Shown here: one piece after another, positions 60,501-64,000 of the stretch
How the letters are laid out: every line of letters starts with the position of its first letter
How positions within the stretch are numbered: position 1 is the first letter of the stretch
DNA from: Hemiscyllium ocellatum
Lineage: Eukaryota
DNA length: 64,000 bases
Assembly (NCBI RefSeq): GCF_020745735.1
Contig: NC_083407.1
Coordinates: forward strand, 70,733,857 to 70,797,856
Direction: 5' to 3'
The notes under the pieces: generated by a model
Told to the model about the DNA's origin: nothing
Seen by the model: only the letters and a program-made list of their open reading frames with translations
The model's database searches: none
Made by a program: the position numbers and the translations under genes

Positions 60501-61534
60501 CATGCAACCAAGCAGGATTTTTTTTATTTTACACAGATCTATTTTAATCCCTTTGTACTCTGAATTTAAATTTTATTGAATATAATGTGTTAATTTCTGC
60601 TAGCATAAAAGAACCTGAATTATTAATGATGCTTTTCTTTGTAACTTGATCACACTGAATGAAAATGCAAAGGTGCCTTACCTCTTTGCCAGCAGCAACA
60701 CTGGTCACTCCGATAGCTGCAGCACCTCCTTCAACCGTAGCAACTCCAGCAGCACCAGCAGCTCCTTCCATTGTGGTTACTCTAGTCACTCGTTCAACTG
60801 TGGTAACTCTCGGGGCACCAGCAACTTGTTCAAGTGTAGTTATTCTAGTAACACCAGCAGCACCGACATCGCGTTCAACTGTTGTCATTCTAGCAGCACT
60901 AACACCTCCTTCAATTGTGGTTATTCCAACAGCTCCAGCAGCACCAGCAGCAGCAGCAGCTCGTTCAGCTGCGGTCATTCTTACAGCTCCAGCAGCTTCA
61001 GCAGCACCAGCAGCTCGTTCAACTGCGGTCATTCTTAAAGCTCCAGCAGCTTCAGCAGCACCAGCAGCTCGTTCAACTGCGGTCATTCTTACAGCTCCAG
61101 CAGCTTCAGCAGCACCAGCAGCTCGTTCAACTGCGGTCATTCTTACAGCTCCAGCAGCTTCAGCAGCACCAGCAGCTCGTTCAACTGCGGTCATTCTTAC
61201 AGCTCCAGCACCACCAGCAGCAGCAGCTCGTTCAACTGCGGTCATTCGCGCAGCTCCAGCAGCTTCAGCAGCACCAGCAGCTCCACTGATTGTTATCTGT
61301 CCATGGACTCCAATTCGCCGTTCCCATTTTTCTTCTCTGTGATCTTGTGTAGTACTTGCAATTAATTTGCTTTCTCTCTTTTGTGCTTCAGTTGCTGAAA
61401 CATAGCCTGGTTGCTTCCAAGGAGGTATAACTTCAGAAGTAACAACCGTGGTTGTCTGAAATTTACGAGTAAGAACTGGAGATTTGACAGATCTGATCGG
61501 TGATGTGGACAGTCTCCCAGCTGGGGATACAGAT
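1..61534 (-). CDS. TTN: Titin gene segment (Z-disc, proximal I-band Ig domains, novex exons); 38 coding exons, gene continues past both window edges
   Basis: Translations match hallmark titin sequences ([14 protein letters not shown]-repeats, [14 protein letters not shown]1, KPHFKKK Z8, novex-3 [14 protein letters not shown]); the exon chain has canonical AG/GT ends with continuous phase. Confidence 0.99.
654..6839 (-). CDS. TTN: Novex-3 first part (exon 48-like), 6186 bp, two Ig domains flanking a very long unique and repeat region
   Basis: Acceptor ttttttgcag at 6841-6840, donor gtaaga at 653; phase 1-1; [57 protein letters not shown]. Confidence 0.93.
1795..4025 (-). repeat. Coding tandem repeat, 48-bp unit ([16 protein letters not shown]), about 46 copies
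   Basis: Counted directly from the translation; plus-strand unit gacatctttagatatttctgttacaacatctctgtcgggtacgaaatg. Confidence 0.97.
6965..7440 (-). promoter_or_regulatory. Putative structured intronic RNA element with competing helices and two consensus 5' splice sites
   Basis: Helices 7440-7424/7218-7202 (17 bp), 7361-7351/7228-7218 (11 bp) and 7374-7352/6987-6965 (22 of 23 positions pair); donors CAG|GTAAGA at 7200 and ATG|GTGAGT at 6966. Confidence 0.6.
8079..8135 (-). CDS. TTN: Short exon 47-like ([19 protein letters not shown])
   Basis: 57 bp, AG/GT, phase 1-1, directly upstream of novex-3. Confidence 0.85.
8572..9087 (-). CDS. TTN: Additional novex-type exon: Pro/Ser/Lys-rich linker plus one Ig domain
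   Basis: 516 bp open phase 1-1 exon; [42 protein letters not shown]; weak donor gttggc. Confidence 0.82.
9379..10263 (-). CDS. TTN: Novex-2-like exon (exon 46-like) with two Ig domains
   Basis: 885 bp phase 1-1; [17 protein letters not shown] and [20 protein letters not shown] match recalled novex-2; weak donor gtggtt (alternative end 9376). Confidence 0.85.
10700..11102 (-). pseudogene. TTN: Decayed novex-1-like pseudo-exon (exon 45-like)
   Basis: Intact acceptor cctttccag, then Ig-like fragments in three frames ([13 protein letters not shown]; [13 protein letters not shown]; HVGQYTCK) with stops at 10925-10923 and 10838-10836; 3' end approximate. Confidence 0.7.
11827..12015 (-). CDS. TTN: Ig I15 second half (exon 44-like)
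   Basis: [41 protein letters not shown]; AG/GT, phase 1-1. Confidence 0.95.
12560..12815 (-). mobile_element. Deu-domain SINE-like element (SacSINE1-like)
   Basis: tRNA-like head ggtggcattgtggtaatgtcactgg and core aaaacccatctggttcactaatgtcctttaggg recalled from shark DeuSINE. Confidence 0.55.
14282..16720 (-). mobile_element. Degenerate CR1-clade LINE (endonuclease and RT remnants, internal deletion)
   Basis: ORF fragments [35 protein letters not shown] and [12 protein letters not shown]. Confidence 0.9.
17290..18210 (+). mobile_element. L2-clade LINE 3' remnant interrupted by a SINE
   Basis: ANALLTILP-type C-terminal remnant and L2-like 3' UTR continuing after 18055. Confidence 0.55.
17786..18054 (+). 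mobile_element. HE1/V-SINE-type SINE, 5'-truncated, with (ATCTA)n tail
   Basis: Core ggagtttgca..tgcgtgggtttcctccggg..tttcctcccacagtcc; 3' gggccgaagggcctgtttcc; five ATCTA units. Confidence 0.85.
19950..21150 (-). mobile_element. PIF/Harbinger transposase remnant (element may extend to about 18700)
   Basis: [35 protein letters not shown] and [11 protein letters not shown] resemble the HARBI1-type N-terminal helix and C-terminal LHN motifs. Confidence 0.6.
21345..21790 (+). mobile_element. Deu-domain SINE-like element with a nested Penelope-like insert (about 21415-21515)
   Basis: aaaacccatctgattcaataatgtcctttaaagaagaaattctg core; nested minus-strand copy of the ctgaagaag..gactc repeat. Confidence 0.5.
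24300..25810 (+). mobile_element. Old CR1 3' fragments
   Basis: [24 protein letters not shown] remnant and CR1 3' UTR motifs. Confidence 0.7.
26953..27078 (-). CDS. TTN: Ig I15 first half (exon 43-like)
   Basis: [42 protein letters not shown]; 126 bp, phase 1-1. Confidence 0.95.
27516..27800 (-). CDS. TTN: Ig I14 (exon 42-like)
   Basis: [28 protein letters not shown]; 285 bp, phase 1-1. Confidence 0.95.
27943..28161. mobile_element. Tc1/pogo-type MITE
   Basis: Terminal inverted repeats matching at 17 of 22 positions (cagatcattctgctatagcgcg / caggtagttcttctataacgcg), TA on both sides. Confidence 0.7.
28780..30400 (-). mobile_element. CR1-clade LINE 3' portion interrupted by a SINE
   Basis: ORF 29032-29439 [31 protein letters not shown]. 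Confidence 0.88.
29948..30294 (-). mobile_element. HE1/V-SINE-type tRNA-derived SINE
   Basis: A-box ttcagtggttagc, SINE core, ctatgattcta tail. Confidence 0.82.
30993..31224 (-). CDS. TTN: Ig I13 remainder (exon 41-like)
   Basis: [39 protein letters not shown]; phase 0-1. Confidence 0.95.
31368..31536 (-). CDS. TTN: Ig I12 end and I13 start (exon 40-like)
   Basis: [29 protein letters not shown]; phase 2-0. Confidence 0.93.
31646..31787 (-). CDS. TTN: Ig I12 first part (exon 39-like)
   Basis: [23 protein letters not shown]; phase 1-2. Confidence 0.95.
31888..32148 (-). CDS. TTN: Ig I11 (exon 38-like)
   Basis: [27 protein letters not shown]; 261 bp, phase 1-1. Confidence 0.96.
32311..32571 (-). 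CDS. TTN: Ig I10 (exon 37-like)
   Basis: [24 protein letters not shown]; 261 bp, phase 1-1. Confidence 0.96.
32710..32970 (-). CDS. TTN: Ig I9 (exon 36-like)
   Basis: [25 protein letters not shown]; 261 bp. Confidence 0.96.
33515..33778 (-). CDS. TTN: Ig I8 (exon 35-like)
   Basis: [33 protein letters not shown]; 264 bp. Confidence 0.96.
35480..35740 (-). CDS. TTN: Ig I7 (exon 34-like)
   Basis: [26 protein letters not shown]; 261 bp. Confidence 0.96.
36640..37165 (+). mobile_element. Old CR1 3' fragment
   Basis: ctggagtattgtgtccag..gaagaagttggactg and 3' gggccaaatggcctcc-type motifs. Confidence 0.65.
37387..37647 (-). CDS. TTN: Ig I6 (exon 33-like)
   Basis: [21 protein letters not shown]; 261 bp. 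Confidence 0.96.
37744..38007 (-). CDS. TTN: Ig I5 (exon 32-like)
   Basis: [21 protein letters not shown]; 264 bp. Confidence 0.96.
38127..38399 (-). CDS. TTN: Ig I4 (exon 31-like)
   Basis: [35 protein letters not shown]; 273 bp. Confidence 0.95.
38567..38833 (-). CDS. TTN: Ig I3 (exon 30-like)
   Basis: [36 protein letters not shown]; 267 bp. Confidence 0.95.
39150..39860 (-). mobile_element. Degenerate L2-clade LINE fragment
   Basis: [14 protein letters not shown] resembles the post-RT segment of shark L2. Confidence 0.5.
39940..40365 (+). mobile_element. Old CR1 3' fragment
   Basis: agaatgagaggtgatattactgaaacgcataag..ctgtggagg..ttaaggccacaatt motifs. Confidence 0.6.
40692..40973 (-). 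CDS. TTN: Ig I2 (exon 29-like)
   Basis: [39 protein letters not shown]; 282 bp. Confidence 0.96.
41066..42759 (-). CDS. TTN: Large exon 28-like: end of Z7, Z8, Z9, linker and I1
   Basis: 1694 bp, phase 2-1; [59 protein letters not shown]. Confidence 0.98.
42856..43024 (-). CDS. TTN: Ig Z7 first part (exon 27-like)
   Basis: [32 protein letters not shown]; phase 1-2. Confidence 0.95.
44831..44995 (-). CDS. TTN: Ig Z6 second part (exon 26-like)
   Basis: [30 protein letters not shown]; phase 1-1. Confidence 0.96.
45094..45290 (-). CDS. TTN: SP-motif linker and Ig Z6 first part (exon 25-like)
   Basis: [35 protein letters not shown]; phase 2-1. Confidence 0.96.
45425..45669 (-). CDS. TTN: Ig Z5 second part (exon 24-like)
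   Basis: [28 protein letters not shown]; phase 0-2. Confidence 0.96.
45870..46100 (-). CDS. TTN: Ig Z5 first part (exon 23-like)
   Basis: [35 protein letters not shown]; 231 bp. Confidence 0.96.
47146..48330 (-). mobile_element. CR1/HER1-type LINE, 5'-truncated, with ctatgact tail
   Basis: [36 protein letters not shown]; tail gtcatagagtcatagag on the plus strand. Confidence 0.92.
49149..49482 (+). mobile_element. HE1/V-SINE-type SINE
   Basis: gtggctcagtggttagc A box, SINE core, gggctgaatggcctgcttcc 3' end. Confidence 0.8.
50869..51065 (-). CDS. TTN: Z4-Z5 linker (exon 22-like)
   Basis: [28 protein letters not shown]; phase 1-0. Confidence 0.95.
51195..51430. repeat. Head-to-head inverted pair of Penelope-like terminal repeats with decayed hammerhead cores
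   Basis: Centre palindrome cagaatattctg; CTGATGA-gagtc..gactc-AAAA on plus, CTGAAGA on minus; mirrored cagatg.tgccagacct.ct arms. Confidence 0.65.
52298..52477 (-). mobile_element. Harbinger transposase C-terminal fragment, copy 1
   Basis: [21 protein letters not shown] resembles the CCMLHN-LAI-RGQPL motif. Confidence 0.6.
53193..53335 (-). CDS. TTN: Ig Z4 second part (exon 21-like)
   Basis: [27 protein letters not shown]; phase 2-1. Confidence 0.96.
53405..53577 (-). mobile_element. Harbinger fragment, copy 2 (direct repeat of 52298-52477)
   Basis: Shared cactcactca.tctgttatggtagggttcttccata and flanking similarity. Confidence 0.55.
54183..54395 (-). CDS. TTN: Ig Z4 first part (exon 20-like)
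   Basis: [34 protein letters not shown]; phase 2-2. Confidence 0.96.
54617..54686 (-). CDS. TTN: Short linker exon (exon 19-like)
   Basis: [24 protein letters not shown]; 70 bp, phase 1-2 fits both neighbours. Confidence 0.88.
54786..55044 (-). CDS. TTN: Ig Z3 (exon 18-like)
   Basis: [38 protein letters not shown]; phase 0-1. Confidence 0.97.
55152..55217 (-). CDS. TTN: Short Pro-rich exon (exon 17-like)
   Basis: [22 protein letters not shown]; 66 bp, cag/gtaagt. Confidence 0.9.
55832..56113 (-). CDS. TTN: Z-disc unique sequence exon (exon 16-like)
   Basis: [28 protein letters not shown]; 282 bp, phase 0-0. Confidence 0.92.
56680..56855 (+). mobile_element. Penelope-like element terminal repeat fragment
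   Basis: gacatcaccacaaacccc..ataaatag..cttcacttggagg followed by the hammerhead motif and cagctcagcgagcaaacc. Confidence 0.6.
56777..56816 (+). ncRNA. Minimal type I hammerhead ribozyme motif
   Basis: CCA-CTGATGA-t-gttacct(agcc)aggtagt-GAAA-C-GTC-TGG: intact core, 7-bp stem II, 3-bp stem I. Confidence 0.55.
57788..58179 (+). repeat. Tandem duplication (188 and 204 bp) that includes the SINE 5' head
   Basis: Two near-identical copies with junction at 57975/57976 and caagt microhomology. Confidence 0.92.
58131..58455 (+). mobile_element. Full-length HE1/V-SINE-type tRNA-derived SINE
   Basis: A box tggcacagtgg, B box ggttcaattcc, core, (TCTAA)n tail. Confidence 0.9.
58957..59067 (-). CDS. TTN: Zq-region exon (exon 15-like), not in the ORF track
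   Basis: [37 protein letters not shown]; 111 bp, tag/gtaagg. Confidence 0.92.
59221..59511 (-). CDS. TTN: Last Z-repeat (Zr7-like) plus flank (exon 14-like)
   Basis: [21 protein letters not shown]; 291 bp, phase 0-0. Confidence 0.95.
60192..60350 (-). CDS. TTN: First Z-repeat (Zr1-like, exon 8-like)
   Basis: [26 protein letters not shown]; 159 bp, phase 0-0. Confidence 0.93.
60682..61534 (-). CDS. TTN: Z-disc insertion exon (exon 7-like) with an Ala-rich repeat expansion
   Basis: [43 protein letters not shown]; 853 bp, phase 2-0. Confidence 0.95.
60908..61282 (-). repeat. Coding tandem repeat, 54-bp unit ([18 protein letters not shown]), 6 clear copies plus degenerate ones
   Basis: Plus-strand unit gctcgttcaactgcggtcattcttacagctccagcagcttcagcagcaccagca. 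Confidence 0.95.
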
Positions 61535-62109
61535 CTATACATAAACACAAAACAAAGCATTTAAGCATAATCATGCCTTTGTAATGTCAGATGCAGAGAT
61601 GCAGAGATCGTAGAATTCCCATTTTCCAAGTAGCAAACCTGCCTTTGATCAGAGCATATGCAAGTATTTATTTTAACCTTGAAAAGCAAGATTTTGTTGT
61701 GTATAGAACAAAAGCTCAATGAGTAATAATGAACTTTGCATGGAAGTTGGTGTATGCTATCATATGTACAATACTATGTAAGGAAAAATTATCCGTAACA
61801 CAGTATGACCAGCGCATATGTATAGACATAGCCAGTGATGTTACCTGGTGTGATAGAACAGACGGCAGTGACATAATCATGTTACAGGTATCGTGACATC
61901 GCATGCTGCTGACCAGGCCTTTGGGGAGTGAGGCTGAAGTTGGAGTCTCAGTGGGATCAAACAAAGCTTGGGAGTGGTGGGAGAGGGGGCTGAGAGAGGC
62001 GATGAAGGAGGGGTGTAAGTCAAATGTAGTCTCTATGGGAATTTAAGTTGTAGAAGATACTTTCTGGAATCCTGCATTGAGTAAGCATGACTCTGTCTCT
62101 GACTCAGTG

Positions 62110-62435
62110 TGTACCTGCGAACATACAACATTGACCAGTACACCACAAGGACATGCCTTTCGGCCCTTTCCGGATGTTGTGCCGAACATGACACCAAATC
62201 AAACTAAGGCCTTGGCTCATATCTCTCCATTCTTTGCATATTCGTGTGCTGACCTAAAAGTCCCTTAAACTTCCCTATCACACCTGCCTCCATCACCACC
62301 CTTGGCAGCGGGATCCACACTTCTCCCATTCTCTATGTAAAAAGTTTTCCCCCTCACATCCCCTTTGAACTTCTCGCCCTCTCACCTTAAATATGTGCTC
62401 TCTAGTATTAGAAATTCCAACTCTGGGACAAAAGC
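62110..62435 (-). mobile_element. CR1 3' fragment
   Basis: cttccctatcacacctg..ccaccacccttggcag..aaaagttttcccctcacatcccc motifs. Confidence 0.65.
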
Positions 62436-62438
62436 ACT

Positions 62439-62714
62439 GGCACAGTGGCTCAGTGGTGAGCACTGCTGCCTCACTGCGCCAGGGACCTGGGTTTGATTCC
62501 TGCCTTGGGTGACTGTGAGTCTGCACATTCTCCCCGTATCTGCGTGGATTTCCTCTGGGTCCTCTGGTTTCCTCCCACAATCCAATAATGTGCAGGTTAG
62601 GTGAATTGGTCATGCAAAATTGCCCACAGTGTTCAGGAATGTGTGGGTTAGGTGCATTAGTAAAGGGTAAATGTAGAGTAACAGGGAGGGAAAATTGGTC
62701 TGGGTGGCTTACTC
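62439..62714 (+). mobile_element. HE1/V-SINE-type SINE, 3' end truncated by the adjacent LINE
   Basis: ggcacagtggctcagtgg A box, ggtttgattcc B box, SINE core. Confidence 0.82.
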
Positions 62715-62715
62715 T

Positions 62716-64000
62716 TACAGCACGGAAACAGACCCTTCGGTCCAACTCGTCCATGCCGACCAGATATCCCAACCCAATCTAGTCCCACCTGCCAACACCT
62801 GGCCCATATCCCTCCAAACCCTTCCTATTCATATTCCCATCCAAATGCCTTTTAAATGTTGCAATTGCACTAGCCTTCACCACTTCCTCTGGCAGCTCAT
62901 TCCACACACGTACCACTCTCTGCATGAAAACTTTGCCCCTTGGGTCTCTTTTATATCTTTCCCCTCTCACCCTAAACCTATGCCCTCTAGTTCTGGACTC
63001 CCCCACGCCAGGGAAAAGATTTTGTCTATTTACCCTATCCATGCCCCTCATGATTTTATAAACCACTACAAGGTTACCTCTCAGCCTTTGACACTTCAGA
63101 GAAAACAGCCCTTGCCTATTCACCCTCTCCCTGTAGCTCAAATCTTCCAACCCTGGCAACATTCTTGTAAATCTTTTCTGAACCCTTTCAAGATTCACAA
63201 CATCCTTGTGATAGGAAGGAGATCAGAATTGCATGCAATATTCCAACAGTGGCCTAACCAATGTCCTGTACAGCTGCAACATGACCTCCCAACTCCTGTA
63301 CTCAGTACTCTGACCAGTGAAGGAAAGCATACCATCTGCAATGCCTCAGCCCATTGGCTCATCTGATCAAGATCCCATTGTAATCTGAGGTAACCTTCTT
63401 CGCTGTCCACTACACTTCCAATTTTGGTGACATCTGCAAACTTACTAACTATACCTCTTATGCTCACATCCAAATCATTTATATAAATGATGAAAAGTAA
63501 TGGACACAGCACTAGTCCTTGTGGTACTCCACAGGTCATGGGCCTCCAATCTGAAAAACAACCCTCCACCACCACTCTCTGTCTTCTACCTTTGAGCCAG
63601 TCTTGTATCCAGATGGCTCGTTCTCCCTGTATTCCATGAGATCTAACCTTGCTAACCAGTCTCCCATTCGGAATCTTGTTGAATGCCTTACTGGTCCATT
63701 TAAATCATGTCTACCACTCTGCCCTCATCAATCCTCGTTATTACTTCTCCAAAAAACCTCAATCAAGTTTGTGAGATATAATTTCCCACTCACAAAGCCA
63801 TGTTGACTATCCCTAATCAGTCCTTGCCTTATGTATATCCTGTCCCTCATGATTCCCTCTCACCACTGATATCAGACTCACTGGTCAATAGTTCCCTGGC
63901 TTGTCCTTACCACCTTTCTTAAATAGTGGCGCCATGTTAGCCTATCTCCAGTCTTCCAGCACCTCACCTGTGATTATCGATGATACAAATATCTAAGCAA
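62716..64000 (-). mobile_element. CR1/HER1-type LINE 3' portion (same family as 47146-48330)
   Basis: [37 protein letters not shown]. Confidence 0.92.

Noticed and set aside
60646-61342. PolyQ-like and Ala/Pro-rich plus-strand ORFs
   Set aside because: Antisense readings of the GCT-rich titin repeat.
61535-64000. Upstream titin exons (Z1/Z2)
   Set aside because: No titin-like translation found; the region is intron and repeats, and those exons lie beyond the window.

Overview
Vertebrate genomic DNA, almost certainly an elasmobranch (shark-type HE1/V-SINEs with (ATCTA)n tails, CR1/L2 LINE relics). The window lies inside the titin (TTN) gene on the minus strand. I delimited 38 coding exons by AG/GT boundaries with consistent phases, from the Z-disc region (61534) through Z-repeats, Ig Z3-Z9 and I1-I15 to the novex cluster and novex-3, which runs off position 1. 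Counting against the human TTN structure as I recall it (not database-checked), these match exons 7-48 one-for-one with these departures: only two Z-repeat exons; an Ala-rich 18-aa repeat expansion in exon 7; a decayed novex-1 pseudo-exon; a novex-2 with an extra Ig; an extra Ig exon after novex-2; and a novex-3 split by a 112-bp intron and carrying about 46 copies of a 16-aa repeat. The strongest novel candidate is in the intron just upstream of novex-3 (6965-7440). There, one docking sequence can pair with either of two selector sequences, each next to or covering a consensus 5' splice site, and all three wobble pairs work only on the titin sense strand. Introns hold CR1, L2, SINE, Harbinger, MITE and Penelope-like relics, some with hammerhead ribozyme motifs.
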